The notes under the pieces are model-generated. The model made no database searches. It saw nothing but the letters and a program-made list of their open reading frames with translations, and was not told the origin of the DNA. Positions 41,940 through 56,849 of a DNA stretch of 64,000 nt are shown here, piece by piece. The DNA is from Bigelowiella natans CCMP2755. Lineage: Eukaryota; Protista; Cercozoa. Both the position numbers and the translations under genes were made by a program. Location: NCBI GenBank assembly GCA_000320545.1, contig ADNK01000694.1, positions 33,765 through 97,764 on the forward strand, written 5' to 3'. Position 1 is the first letter of the stretch; every line of letters begins with the position of its first letter.

Positions 41940-42863
41940 AATTTATTGCAAAGAAGTGTGGGAACTACCTCCTTCAAATCGGAACCCTCTTCAAACATCA
42001 AGAAACCATTCTTTACGCTAATATATCATCATGTGTGTTAAAGAAGATATTATTAACATCGAGAATGAAGTAGAGTTATTAATTGATAATAACAGAGTTA
42101 ACTCGGTTTGATTCGGTAGCAGTAGTGGTAGAGAGTGGTATGCTACTAGTATGTGTGTTTATCACCTATCACGTATTTGATCTGTGACGTCTTGCTCGTG
42201 CATGTGGCGAGACTGTGGTGGTGGTGGTGATGATGATGATGACGATGATGATGACAAGGATGAGGATGAGGATGAGAAGATAACATGAGAGATGAAGAAG
42301 AAGAAGAAGAAGTTGATGATAATGAATGTGATCAATATGAAGATAAGACAAGCTAGCAGCGGTAGACTGCTGCTGCTGTTACTACGAAGAGTGCTACTCC
42401 TCCAGCAATGATTAGATATTAGATAATAAAAGTGTTGTTGAGGATAAAGTTTCTTCAAACTGAACGTGAATCTACTGCTTACAAATCGTTTGGCAGCTCC
42501 TTCTATCACAAATTCAGCCATTGCAGAGAGTATCCCTCCCTTTAGCATATTGCCCTAGGAGGAATAATACCAAAATGATGATGATGATGATGAACAACTT
42601 CATCAATCAGCCAAGTGTTTTCCTTCTCCTTCTTCTTCTTCTTCTTCTTCTTCTTCTTCTATTGCTGTTTTCTCTCTCTCCTCCCTCCCTCCCCCCCCCC
42701 CCTCTAGTCAGCAACATGATATAAAAATTGAATAAGTACACATATTGGAAAGCACTATCCGTGCTTCATTCTACATTTATTTATTGATTGATTAATAATA
42801 CCGCATGAATGGAGACTATCAATTGGCCTTTTTTGAGATGGCCTTCCATTATTCTATAACTCC

Positions 42864-42926
<63 letters not shown>

Positions 42927-43469
42927 CATCAACGATAATGATTTAAAGTCAATTGTAAGGAGCCAATTCCTAGCTGCTTTGAATGTAGTAGGAAGAACAC
43001 ATTGCATTCCAGTACGGGGGTATGAATGATGAGTGTCTTAACGCTCAAACGGATTATCTCCTCCTTCTCTTCCCCTCCTCCTCCTCCTCCTCCTCCTCCT
43101 CCTCCTCCTCCTACAACTCGCTTCAAATGACTCACTTGATCTCATTCGTGTGTTGTTTCACACTGGTTTTCCCATCACCCTCATCACTGTTTCCAGCCTA
43201 TTTACAGGTATTGATGCTCGATTGATGATCACAAAGGGGTATGTTTGTCAAAACATTATTGCATATATTCCGTGTGTAGGTGGGTCGTCGTTCAAAGTGC
43301 TTCTTCTTCTTCTTCTTCTTCTTCTTCTTCTTCTACTTCTCGGTTGGTTGCATCTTGCTACTACTACTACTACTACTACTAGCACCTCATTAGACGAATA
43401 TTGACTTCTTCTTTCATGCATGCTACTGAGATCTTTTGCAGGTATTTCACATGCCCCAATCCTTAAAAT

Positions 43470-43504
<35 letters not shown>

Positions 43505-44285
43505 ATTATTACAATAATAGGAACGAAGAAGAATAATAATAAGAAGAAACGATGTTTCATCAGATCTTGTCATTATTATTGTGAGCAAGTACTCACTGTT
43601 GTTTGTCTCAATATCAGTTGAAGTGTGGTTATGAGATGCACTTGCAGTGGTAGTAGAGAAAGTGTAGTTACAGAACTACTACTACTACTACTACTAGTAG
43701 TAGTTGTAGTGTAGTAGTAGCAATAGTGTAATAGTTGTAGTAGTAGTAATAGTACCGTCTTTTTGAAGTGGTGGCTCCCCAGAGCTCCACTCGCATAGGT
43801 GTCCGAATAGTGGAATCCAACACGGCAAAGTGTGTAGTATAATTCCACCCTAAGTGGTAATAGTAGTATAAGTGGTGGTAGTAGTTGTAGTGGTAGAGGT
43901 AAGAAGTAGTAGTTGTAGGATGATGATGATGATGATGATGAGGATGAAGATAAAAGTAGCCATAAGTACCCCAAAATGAAGTAATCTCCCCCCTTCCCTC
44001 CCCTCCCCTCCCCTCCCTCTTTTACTCTCTCTGTGTATGCGTGTTGCTGTATGAACAGTTAGAAATAATTGAAGATAAAGCATTGGTGACTCCCACTATC
44101 TTTCACCTATCCTATCATCATTATCATCCTATCATCATCATCATCATTATCACTCATCAAGTACTTGCTCCGATGTCTTTCTTCACGCTGATGGCTGGTG
44201 TTTCAACAGCAGGATTTCCAGGGAAAAACATCTGAGCAGGTGGATGGTGAGTTTATTTCTACATCGCCTTGTGCTGATACTAACT

Positions 44286-44324
<39 letters not shown>

Positions 44325-44935
44325 TTAGGCACCTTAGCTTTGACTTTCTCCCTGAAACCAACTTTAACATTCTTTGCCGACACGATTGTGAAAATCAGCA
44401 TCTATTATTATTATTATTATTATTATTATTATCATCGATATTACAGAACAACAAATAGGTGAGTGAGTGAATCAAGCAATCCATCGATCAATCAGTCAAT
44501 GATCATCTGTATTATAACCACGTATGTATTTATCATTCATTTTTGTAATTTTGTAGGAATTAAGTGATGACCGTGTGTGTGCGGTTTCTTTTTAGAATAT
44601 TCTGAATGTTGAGGCTCTCGATATCCTTTTCCTCGAAGCCATTGTTCGCATAATGGATTTCCCTTTAGCAATATCAGAAATTAGTATATGTATTGTATGT
44701 ATGTGTGTATGTGTGTATGTGTGCATGCAGCATATATGAAAATTCACGATTTTCTGATGATACAAAGAGAAAACGTTGTTTTTCTTCTCGTGGTTTTTAA
44801 TATTTCAAGTGACTTAACTGCCTTCATCAACATTTGAACAACTTCTCACTCGGTCACTTATCATCATCATCATCGTGGTTATGATCGCTATCACCACCAT
44901 CATCATCATCATTATTGTCAGTAGCAGCAGCAGAG

Positions 44936-44972
<37 letters not shown>

Positions 44973-45129
44973 TCATCTTCGTCGTTATCGTCAGTAGCGA
45001 CATACTCAATGATATAATTGCTTTGTATTGCTGTCCGTATCTTCTCCAACCCCTGATTATATTACATGATAATACCAAAACAGAACCATCACATCATCAT
45101 CATCATCATCGTCGTCGTCATTACCATCA

Positions 45130-45165
<36 letters not shown>

Positions 45166-45320
45166 CAGCAGCAATTGTTAGTCGATAATAATACCTTATG
45201 GCCAATATTGTTGTTGGAAATATCAAGCTCTTTCATGCCGCATCCTATCGATTTGAGAGCCGAGCATAGTGCCTGATGAGCATAGCAGCAATTAGGATAT
45301 CACCACCAACTATAGAAACA

Positions 45321-45352
<32 letters not shown>

Positions 45353-45429
45353 CCTGAAGGCCAGAATAATCTTCCTTATCACATACTTGACACTCGCTAA
45401 TGTTCAGTATCTCCAAAACACCTAATGTA

Positions 45430-45468
<39 letters not shown>

Positions 45469-45754
45469 TGACCAGTCTATAACGACTCTTCAAATAATAA
45501 AATAATTTTTCTTCTTCTTATTGCTATGATCGTGGTGGATTCTCATGATCACGATACCATTTCCATCCACAAGTGTGGATACGCATTTCGTTCCATCTGG
45601 GCCAAAGAATAGGCCTTGAAGATACAACTCCTTCAACGATATAAAGTTCTTGAGACCTGTTGATATTGTAGTGTGTGATATATAAGACAATCAAGTTTGG
45701 TAGTAAAATAACCTTGTAAGTAACACTAGCTGTGCAAAGTGACGACACGTTTAA

Positions 45755-45811
<57 letters not shown>

Positions 45812-46065
45812 TAGTAGTACCAGTTGTGAGAAGTCTTGTCCCAGATAAACCAAAGCTATTGAATGATAGGTCCAACATAACGAGCCCTTTTTGACGTTGC
45901 TGCAGAAGGTAATAGGTAGCATAGTAGTAATAGCTCATTCAGAATTCAAGAATAATGCTTATTACCTAGCATGCTAGTAGCAGCAGCAGTGTATTAATAG
46001 TAGTATTGGTAGTAGTAGTTCTAGTATTGTGCGTGGTGTTGAAGGAGGAAGAGCATAGTGTGCTG

Positions 46066-46099
<34 letters not shown>

Positions 46100-46530
46100 G
46101 GCATAGTATTACCTGAATGAGCTGATAGACATTGAACACTTTGGATTCATCATAACCCTAATAGTAATAATATGGTTTTGTACGCAGTGAGTAGACATAC
46201 ATTTTTACATGCTATTCACTTATATTCTACTACTGCTGCTACTACTTCTATTTCTACTACTACTACTACTACTACTACTACTATGGTATGACCTGATATG
46301 AAAGGTCTATGGAGTTGAGAGAATCCCCATCTCGGCTAAGGTGCAAACACGTATAATGTCTTATATCATGGTGTAAACATCAGACATTTACCACTACCAC
46401 CACCACCACATATGCTAATCAACACTACTACTACTTCTAGTACTCTCTACCTTCTTCTATTGGATTGATTTCTTTCACTAGAGAGCGGACTGCTTTGTCC
46501 GTTAGGTGCTGATGGCATTCTCCGTAACAA
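34296..46530 (-). CDS. Large multi-exon gene (or genes) with an RNI-like leucine-rich-repeat block at ~44550-46530; the rest is unassigned
   Basis: LRR exons LNSIDLSYQ, GLVMLDLSFNSFGLSGTRLL, LKELYLQGLFFGPDGTKCV, VLEILNISECQV, MKELDISNNNIG; many further AG/GT-bounded exons down to the low-complexity exon 34570-35023. Start and end are approximate, and it may be joined to the kinase gene. Confidence 0.6.
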
Positions 46531-46699
46531 TTTAGGGTTGTTCATAGAAAAACCGTTGGCCCCGCCGATAGACGTCTATTCAGTGCGTATTATTGTTAAT
46601 TTGCAGTTATGTCAAGTATGAAGTAACGAGCAGGTGAATAAATCACGGTTACTATATCTGCAACGATGATGATAAGTTGGCTACTTAGGTAGTAAGATC

Positions 46700-47136
46700 A
46701 CACCGCTCTTATCCGACGAGGCATGCTTCCTCCCCCCGGTCTGCTTTTGCTGTCAACCCCCTCATATAGAGACATAGAGGACATGTGGTGTGCAGGGTCG
46801 GCATGAGTAACCCGCCTGGATGATAATGATGATGATAATGATGATGATGATGATGATAATAATGATGATGACAATGATAATGATAATGATGATGATAATG
46901 ATGATGATGGTGATGATGATAACTACTCTACGATGTATCTGTATCTATTTCATTCTCATTATTATCCACGGATTCTCTCTCTTTCTCTCTGTCCTCTATC
47001 TGTCCTCCTTTACCACCACCACTAGAACCACCTTTCATATTTCCGCTTATCTCCGTATATTATTTTTCCTTTGGCTTTTTCAGTAGGTGTGCGTGTGTTA
47101 CGGTAGACATTGATTCCTGTTTATTTATGTACATGT

Positions 47137-47214
<78 letters not shown>

Positions 47215-47491
47215 TTATACACATCTTATTCCGTGTGAAACGCACCGTAATTCATATGTAACATCTTTCAAGAATAACATCATCCGAATGATAATCAGAT
47301 ATTTTTACATTAATATACATTACATACTACTCTTATGTATCTGACCATGAAGGAAATTTTTAAGTCGTTTTGTGACTGAATAGACTCCTGCATCTATGAG
47401 GCCTAATGACATACATACGTGCGCTATAATTCTGCATACGAGTCATCAAGTTGTGGTAGTAGCCTTGGACGAGTGTGATTTGCATTTGGGT

Positions 47492-47524
<33 letters not shown>

Positions 47525-47822
47525 GCAATGATGGTAATGATGGTGATGATGATGGTTAGTGCCAGTGATAAAAAACAGAATGACGATGATGACTAAAAAT
47601 ACTCTCCATCCACCAGTAAACAGCAGAACAACCCATTGTTATCATTCATTCATTCATTATTACTCATTAGATGTGCTTTGGCCTCAGTGTCGGTAGATGC
47701 CAGCTGTTGATAAAATAACGGTCAAGTTAGCGAAGATGATGACGATAATGATAATGATAATGACCATCAGAGTAATGAGAGATATGATGTTATCAACAAT
47801 AAATGCCAAGTTCCAAATATGA

Positions 47823-47857
<35 letters not shown>

Positions 47858-48189
47858 ACAGTTTACTACTCACATTGAGGGCCACATGCACCCATCTACA
47901 CATACTCTCGGTGTTTGAAAAGTATCGTAATTTCTTTTTCAATCCTATGAATAACGAAGAATCATCCATTGTAAGAGCAGAATGACGACGAAAGAATCGC
48001 ACTCCAACGATTTAACCCCCCCACATTCTCACTACAAAGTCATCATAAAAGTGTGACGATAGCGAATGAGCACGAGCGTAAAGATGTTGTTGATAGACCT
48101 CCAACATAGGATGATGATGGGCTGTTATTATCATTACTACGACATGGTGATGCCACATGATGTTGATCATCAAACTCCTCCTCCTCATC

Positions 48190-48221
<32 letters not shown>

Positions 48222-48352
48222 CTACTACTACTACTACTACTACCAGCAAACATGCCAGTTACTATCTTGACAACTGCTATTCCCATTGCTCGTAGAGATT
48301 TTAGAGCTTGCCAACAAAGCTGTCTAAATATATTCCATCTAGTACACACACA

Positions 48353-48396
<44 letters not shown>

Positions 48397-49500
48397 AAGA
48401 GGAAGAGGAGGAGGAGGAGGAGGAGGAGGAGGAGGAGGAGGAGGATATGTACGATTATTTGCAGTACCCAATGACGACATCATTTCTTGGAAGGAAGAGG
48501 GGAATGAACATGAGGCTCATGATGGGTGCTTATACCGTGTAATAACCGCATATAATTCGAATCATTCATATATCATTCTTGCATAATATATGCGACAAAA
48601 TAGTAGTAGTAGTAGTAGTAGTAGTAGTTGTACCCGTTAAGTCGTATCTTCCTTCTACTTTGTCCAGATCCCACACGTTGATGATGATCTAACAACTCCG
48701 TCTCCACTTCAAATACCATTCTTTGCAGCTCTGTTTTGACATCTTGCTTTATGGAAAAATGAGGGGCATCTACAGGGCCAGACGCCTAACAGAAGAGGAA
48801 TCATTTACTTTTACATTAGGAATGATAATGATGCTAATCTTGAATTTTGACCCAAAATGAATGTGTAGTGGTGTATCGATGATTCTCTTCCATAACTCTA
48901 TTTCTTACTTTTCTGTCAAAGCACCGCTTGAAATCGATTTGCAATAGAGTACTATCGTCCTTTACCTATGATAAGAGTAGTGGTGGTGATGATGATGAAG
49001 AAGAAGAGAGGCTCTACTCACTCTTCTATCCTCTACCACTTAAATCACGGTTATCACAGAACAAACATGAAATGTGGAGTGCCAAGGATTATTATTCCGA
49101 TTTAGTATTAGTGCCGCTAATAATGCTACTAATAATAACAATAAACAAATAATAATGATTAGTGGGGGGAGGATAAATGACCATAAAATTATCGAAATGC
49201 CGATCACGACAACCAAGGACGTAACACGCCACGTATGATCCTAATAGCAAGCAATAATAATGATAATAAGAATAATAGTTAGAGGAGGAGGAAAATGAAG
49301 AACAGTAACATCAGAAGAATGAAAATAGTTATATGAGTTGTCCAACGACGTGTGTGCATTGATTGCATGTTCAATCCGTGATAGTAATGACCACTACAAC
49401 CTACCAGCTGCGGATGAAATAAAGTTTATCTGCTTCTCCTTTGGCAAGCCTCTCAGGACCTTTCATAAACAAGACTCAACTCACCGACCATTTGTGAGAA

Positions 49501-49553
<53 letters not shown>

Positions 49554-50592
49554 GTGTGTGTGTGTGTGTGTGTCCGTATTAAGTTGTACAACAGGAAGCA
49601 ACCTGCACTAACACCATCAATCATCATCATCTTCATCGTCATCATGATCATGCATCAACCTCTGCACTCCATTCTTCCAAAGTGACGGCATTCTTGTTTT
49701 CATTGTTGGTAAGCACAATAGCCGTGTGAGTTAGCAGCAGCAACAAGATAGCAATAGTATAGAGTAATAGGAATAGTTGTAGCAGCAGTCTCACTATGTA
49801 GATTTGATCCTTGATGGATTTATAGAACATTTATTCAGACGACAACTTCGCAATGAGAACAACGATGAGTGGTAGTAGTAGTGATGGTGATGATGATGGT
49901 GATGACGTTGGTGGTGATGGTGAGCATAATGGCTGAGTACTAGTGCATGTAATGTACCTGGATGAATTCCATCACACCTACACCAGGAGCCATTGGCTGA
50001 CACTTAAATGTGTAAACTGTGGGACAAAAGATGCCGTATAATGGCCTGATGATGATCATCAATGTACATAGAAGAAGAAGAATAATAATAATAAGAGGAG
50101 GAAGATGGTGAAGGGGAAGAACAGTACCACCTTTTCTTCATTTATTCATTCGTTCATTCATTCATTTATAGTGGAAATCATTAGGGCTAGCGATGAGAGA
50201 AATTCGATAAGATTTTGTTATTGTTGTTCTTTTTATTATTACTATTATTATTATGATTATTATTATTATAATGATTGTTATCAGTATCATCATACGTTCT
50301 TTGTGCCCATATCCAGTTGAAGACACCGAACGAATGCACAACGCACATATCGGACCTAATAATAATAATAAGAAGAAGAAGAAGAAAACAAATAGTGGGT
50401 TTGTGTACTATTTCCAACAATACACCACAATTTCTCAACTACTGCTTCTGCAGCAATCCACTCAAGTGTTTATATTGTGTTGTGGTTTATCATTACTTTC
50501 TCCAATATCAACAAGTCATACAAAAAAAAAGTTCCTTCTCCTCCTCCTCCTCCTCGCCGTGTTGTCATTGATGTATCACAATAGATAAACGT

Positions 50593-50625
<33 letters not shown>

Positions 50626-51394
50626 AAAGTAGTAGCTGCAGGAACGACCAAGGCAGCAAAAATGCCGTGAAGTAAAAAAACCTCAGCAGCACTATTACAG
50701 TTTAAACTAATAAACGTTGTTACTTGGTTGATGTGATATAGAGAATCAATCATATATATCTCAAAAAGATAAACATCAAATCAGTGCAATAGCAATAACA
50801 ACAACAACAACAACCTGATGTCATCTGGTTTGTACATGAGCGGATGAGAGAACGATTCCAGCCCTTCTAAGTTGCAATATAGCAACGAAGGAGCATTGCC
50901 TGAGCTGAATTTCTTCTTCACTTTAACCTAATATTGGTGACACGGTGAGGCAAGTACTTAATAAAGTATGTTGTTTCTTCACCCGAAGAGAAGAGGCGAG
51001 TGAGGAGGAGGAGGAATGCTTGGAAGAACATTTGAATGCGTTGTTGTGTTTGTGTGTTAGTATGTGTAGCATCCTGGGTAGTTCAAACTAATGTAGTGAA
51101 ACTGTTGTATATCAGCATGTGTATCTATCTATCTATTTATCTATTTGCACCACCACAAACTAAATGCACAATCATATGCCTCCTCCCTCCTACATTTGAT
51201 TTTCATCTATGTCTCAAAGTGTTTCAGGCCTTCAACAACAACAACAACTACTACTACTACTACTACTACTTCTCCTACTATTTCACCAGCAGCACCTTGC
51301 ATACTTCCCATTGTGGCCAGATGGGGCAGAAAAAACTAGAGAAAATATTAGGAGCACTTATAATGGTCCACTCCATCCTATCCTTCTCCTTCCT

Positions 51395-51425
<31 letters not shown>

Positions 51426-51641
51426 CTACTACATGTTTTGGACTTTTGTTGTCATCGTTATTCTATGAGCATCAACACCTACCTCATTTGCTCGAATATG
51501 TAGTCCTCTTCGCACTCATCCCTTAGTTTCCGTACAAAAAAACTACATACAGCACATGTGTTGAAGAAAGTGCCATTTCATCGTGTGAGGAGAAGGAACT
51601 TTGTTTAATTGTTCGTGTGTCTTTTGTTTTAAAGCGCATGG

Positions 51642-51676
<35 letters not shown>

Positions 51677-52363
51677 CGCTAATAAATAAATCCTCTGCCT
51701 TAATCCTGCTTCCTTTCTTCTTCTTTTCTTCGTTGGTAAATAAACACGCTACTTATAATGATGATATGAAAGATATTTTTGATGTTGTTATTACTCATAG
51801 GAGTTGGTGACACCCGTATTCTGGTGGTCCTGCACAAGAACCTATGTACGATGTCGTAATAGTAGTAGTAGTAGTAGTTGTTGTTGTTGTTGTTGCAGGA
51901 GTAATAGCAACAACAATGCGGCAAACAACACAAAATCAGCACCATATATCTATCGGAAGGAGGGTCCATTATTATTAATGATGATGCTGATGATGATGGT
52001 GATGATGAGGATTGGGTGAGAAAATGGATGGATGGATGGATGGATGGATGAATGGATGACGAATCAGGATGATGATAATGATACACAAGGCATTTGTTAA
52101 CTAACAAAAGAGGGCAGTATTATGTATGTATGTATGTATGTATGTATGTATATATGCGTGTATATATGTTGTTTATATGTGTATAGCTGTGTACCCTGCC
52201 ATGTAACATCTCGAAATCTGCCAATCTAAGCCACCATCCTAACCGGTGCAGCCTACGTGACGTTAGCAGCCTCCTGTGGGGAGTAAGTACTCTATTTAAC
52301 TCCATTCTTGCCTCTGCCTCTGCCTCTTCTTCTTGTTCTGGTTTCTTCTTCTTTATTTGGACG

Positions 52364-52397
<34 letters not shown>

Positions 52398-52512
52398 TAT
52401 CGATTACTAGTGCTGCTTGGTATTATTATTAATGGGTACCTTCTCACAGCATCCTTCACCGACCTCAGGGTTACTAGCCATGGCAAAAGCAATTCCATCT
52501 CCTCCTGAAGGG

Positions 52513-52553
<41 letters not shown>

Positions 52554-53814
52554 TAGAGCATAATTAAGATGATGACCGTCATCATTACTTATGGTGGACG
52601 CTAGTCTCAAAGCTAGTAAATCGATCGATGAAGAAAGAATGAATGAATGACCAAAGAGAGTTCCATGATGTCTTCAGCAGAAAGAGTATCCATTGCCACC
52701 TTTGTGTGTGGTGTGTGTGTGTGTGTGTGTGACACCATCATGCCAACAAATAATAGTAATAATGATATCAAAAAGTGATCATATAGGAGAGGAAAATGAG
52801 AATGAAAAGACATAGAAATAGTATGATCACCATCATCATCATCGTCATCATACCTTGGAATAGAACTGACACCCTCCCAATCCTCTCTCTGAGAGCGAAG
52901 CTGCTGATGAAGCCTTTTGTGCATCTGCTTTCAAAACTATCAAGAACAACAAGTAGTAGAACAACATCATGATGCTGATAATTATCACAGACTAGTGGGC
53001 AGTAGTAGAGTAGTACTAGGATCATTAACAGTATGGTTGTTGTCTTTGGTGTTTGTTGTTATGTGATTACTACCATTTTTTCCAGGTGGGTCTGGCTCTC
53101 GTTTCTGATTGCAATAAAGACGAATAAACGTAGTAAGAACGACACGATGGTGCCAATATCATCAGACTTTGACCCAACGATAAACAACTACAAGACAAAT
53201 AGAAATAATGATGATAATCATGATAATAATAATAATGACCCTGAATGACAACCATTTTCGTGATCAGTATCATCACTCAATCAGTACTCCTTATTGTACT
53301 ACGCATCTCAATGAATAATAGTAGTAGAATCTCTCACCTCCAAAAAAACCTCCACATTACTGGGATGAGCATAGCATATGGCAAATGCAAACTTAATTTG
53401 CACAATTCCTAAGAAGATAGTGAAAATGACTCATCATCATCATCATCATCATCATCGTGGTAACCACCACCACCACCAGCATCATCACACCAGCAAATAG
53501 AGCTGTAGCAGCAGCAGTAGCAAGATGAAGTTAAAGAGCTGCCAAGTGTACTAAGAATGAAGGGCTACTGTTGTTGTTGCTCTTATTCTTCTTCTTCTTC
53601 TTCTTCTTCTTCTTCTTCTTGTTCTTCTATATCCATATTACAAGCGTTGGTCATCCTCCTCCTCCTGCTCCCCTCTCTCCATCTCTTTTTAACTGCTACT
53701 ACTACCATTGCTCTTTTATCTCCCTCCCTCCCTCCCTCCCTCTCTTGGGTTGTACTACATGTACCAAATTATGGCGGCCTCTTGCCTCCAATATTTACCC
53801 ATTCATTCACGACG

Positions 53815-53862
<48 letters not shown>

Positions 53863-54150
53863 GAAGCACACACACAACGACATTACTACTACGTGTCAGA
53901 TAGAAAACACCTGTTTTTTGCTCCTGCACCGAGATCAACTGACCCTCCCACCCATGTGGCTCTTAATATAAATAAAAAAAAAGAAGAAGAAGAAGAAGAA
54001 GAAGAAGAAATATTATCACTACTCGATAAAGACATATTTATCCTATTCTTTATATTAAAATCTAATATCATCATAATCATCATCAGCCGGTGTTGTCACC
54101 AGTAGGAATACCGATGGTATATTATATATACTGTTCCTAATGAGTGTATG

Positions 54151-54191
<41 letters not shown>

Positions 54192-54369
54192 ATTATCGTC
54201 ATTAGTATTTGCTCAGCACTTAAAGAAGCAACTGGAGAATCTCCCGCTGTTTCCATAGGATCATCTTGAAACTAAGTATAGTAGTAGAAGTAATAGTATT
54301 CAAATTATCAATCATTCTCTTCATATCTTATTCATAGTCTGAGAGATACTACATCACCATCTATTGATC

Positions 54370-54411
<42 letters not shown>

Positions 54412-56306
54412 TCTATAACAATAACAACAACCTGTAGCTCTTTGGAATCCAATACCCCCACAGAGATAGAAGGAGTCAATTCAGGGAAAGGTAAAAAGTC
54501 AACTAATGCCTCCTGCAAATAAGAATTGATCTATCAAAGCAAGATAATAAGGATACACTACGTATGAGTTGTATGTATGTTGTCATACATGTGAATATGT
54601 ATGTTTGTAGGTGAAAGGAGGAGGCTATGTTGTGGTTGCTGTGCAGAAACGCCTATGATACAGCTCAATGTCTCGAAAGACTACGCTGACAGTAGTAGTA
54701 GTAGCAGCAGCAGTAGTAGTTGTTGTAGCACCTCGTCTTGCTGCAAATCGCTTCCCTGGTGATTGATTGATGATGATCAATTTGATATCGAACAAAGAGG
54801 AAATGTCAATCAGTTATGACTACAGAAAGTATATCACTATATGGGGAGCAAGTACACCGTCATCATCCTCACTATTTTTTGTCATCACCACCACCACCAC
54901 ACCATCAACGCTATCATCTATCATGTGTACGTTGTATGTATCAACTAAAGGCATGATCATCTATCATGTGTACGTTGTATGTATCAACTAAAGGCATGAT
55001 CATCTTGCCATTTTGCTGTATTACATTTCCTCCTCCCCCTCCTCCTCCCCCTCCTCCTCCCCCTCCAGGAGCAACTGGTTCATGATGGGAAGTGTTTGTG
55101 CTACTGTCACCACCAGCTCTACGTTTCTTGTAATTCCTGATTTGGTGATGAGGACCGAAGATGGTGAGGAATGAAGTTGACTTGATCATCTATATATAGA
55201 TGATCACTAGCAACACATATATTCATACTGTCATCACAGTAAAAATTCGAAGATCAAAGACAGCATGGAGTCCACTATCCATCATATATAAGTTTTTCCG
55301 ATAAGTTCAACGACAGAATGGAGTCCACTATCCATCATGTGCAAGTATTCCCTCCATTACTCAATGATCTCAGCGAAAGGAGATATTAAGACGCTGTCGT
55401 ATGCCAAAGTCTTAAACTCATCCCACCGCACATGTCCTATTATACCGTGGTAAGTTTTATATCAGAACCACACGTATTTACCTCAATGCTGCACAGTAAA
55501 CGGTTGTCACAGGTATGATGATGGAATACATTCAAGGCAGATACTACATGATATTTTTAAGATGCGCGCACACAAGCAAGAGAAACAACAAATACATAAA
55601 ATGTACGAAAGAGAAAGATGATTGTGGCTATTAAAGTAAGTAGTAGATAGTTAGATACTACAACCATCTTTGTTGATATCGAGTTTCCTCCACAATATCT
55701 CAGGGTGGTTTATCAAACTGTGTTACATTAAGAGCAAGAATGAGCCATCAGACCGACGAAACCATCCCACATCGAAGAACCCATTTTTTCTCACAACATA
55801 CAACATGTATTATTATTATTATTATTACTCTTATGTGGAAAATAGAAAATGGAAGCAATAGCAGTCATATGTTTAGGTATGTGTGCTGCCTCCTGCTTCC
55901 GTTGGACACAGAGTTGGTGATTGTATCCGAGTCAACACTATACATCATACCCCTCCACCCTCTCACTTCGGCTTCATTAACACAAATACCACCTTGACGC
56001 GTGTTTCTTGATCTGCTCGAGAATATCTTCATCGAATTGGCATATTCTTTGGGCATCTTCCATGAACAAGTCCACACGCAGACGCTGCATATTTCGCACC
56101 GAGTTGACCTTGTATAACATCAGCAGGATTAGTGAAAGTTAAGCATACCCTCTTTAGTCGATTATTTTAGTTGATTATATTAAACGTAAATATTTAGTGA
56201 ATGCAATCTACAGTTTGGAAAGTTGTAGTTGACAATCGATTTACCTCCAAGGAGCCTTTGGTTGAAAAGTAATCCCATATCCTCTTGATATCCTTTGATT
56301 TAAGTA

Positions 56307-56337
<31 letters not shown>

Positions 56338-56634
56338 GTTATACAGTACACCCACTCAACTTCTCAATTATAGTGTGAGGAAATTAATAATGATAAGATG
56401 ATTGCTGTAACACTGTCAAATTAGCCGTGCTTATACCGCCTCTGAGGCCTCTACGCCTTTGTGAAGAAGAATAAGCTGAAATTTTTTATCATAAAATTAT
56501 TATGGTCAAGTTCTCCGTGGCAGGCTACAAATAATAATCCTGTAACTCTCAAATACTGAGTCATTATACGCGTCCTAGTGGAAGCATACCTTCAAATAAT
56601 CCTCCTCTCTGTTTCTTGACGATGAGTTTCCCAT
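46700..56634 (-). CDS. Phosphatidylinositol 3/4-kinase-family protein with an N-myristoylation motif and an EF-hand
   Basis: ATG 56634 MGNSSS; LWRKLDINKDG...WDEF EF-hand (~55350-55720); kinase exons KKFSSGNAP...LMYKPDDIR|SDMCVVHSFGVFNWIW, GVMEFIQ, NFISSAAG|SYVACYVLGCRDRHFDNFM (~49190-49240), LLQIDFK (~48930), FRQLCWQALKSLR, TKRLKNFLH (~47350). The 3' end is approximate. Confidence 0.85.
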
Positions 56635-56849
56635 TTCGCCTTACACAGGCACACCAAACGACAGTGTCGTTTTGGTTTGGTAGGCTTCGCGATGGATGTT
56701 GCGATAGAACTGCTTGATACTACGTCACTTCAAGAATATTATTATCAGCAGAGCCCCACACACGTAAAAACCCCTGTGTGCATGTATGTAGCTGCAGAAT
56801 GGTGTTGACTATCCTTATCCACCCTCGTCTCTCCCTGAATAGCAGATGG

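Larger units (their letters stand above)
280..56340. repeat. Pervasive intronic microsatellites: (TAG/CTA)n, (GAT/ATC)n, (GA)n, (CA)n, (TA)n, (GAG)n, (GAA)n, (CAG)n
   Basis: Most introns of the long genes carry one or more tracts of roughly 15-60 bp, e.g. (TA)n at 5583-5620 and 47154-47209. Confidence 0.97.

Noticed and set aside
54440-54760. PX domain in the kinase N-terminal region (FAARR...EALVDFLPFPEL)
   Set aside because: Only a loose resemblance; exon phases could not be joined confidently by eye.
6379-55340. Direct repeats as CRISPR-like arrays
   Set aside because: Only two copies each, no unique spacers, no cas genes, and a eukaryotic context.
261-56000. Most ORF-track entries with homopolymer runs (poly-L, M, S, T, Y, CV, IY, ER)
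   Set aside because: They are translations of intronic microsatellites, sometimes containing one real exon fragment; they are not genes.
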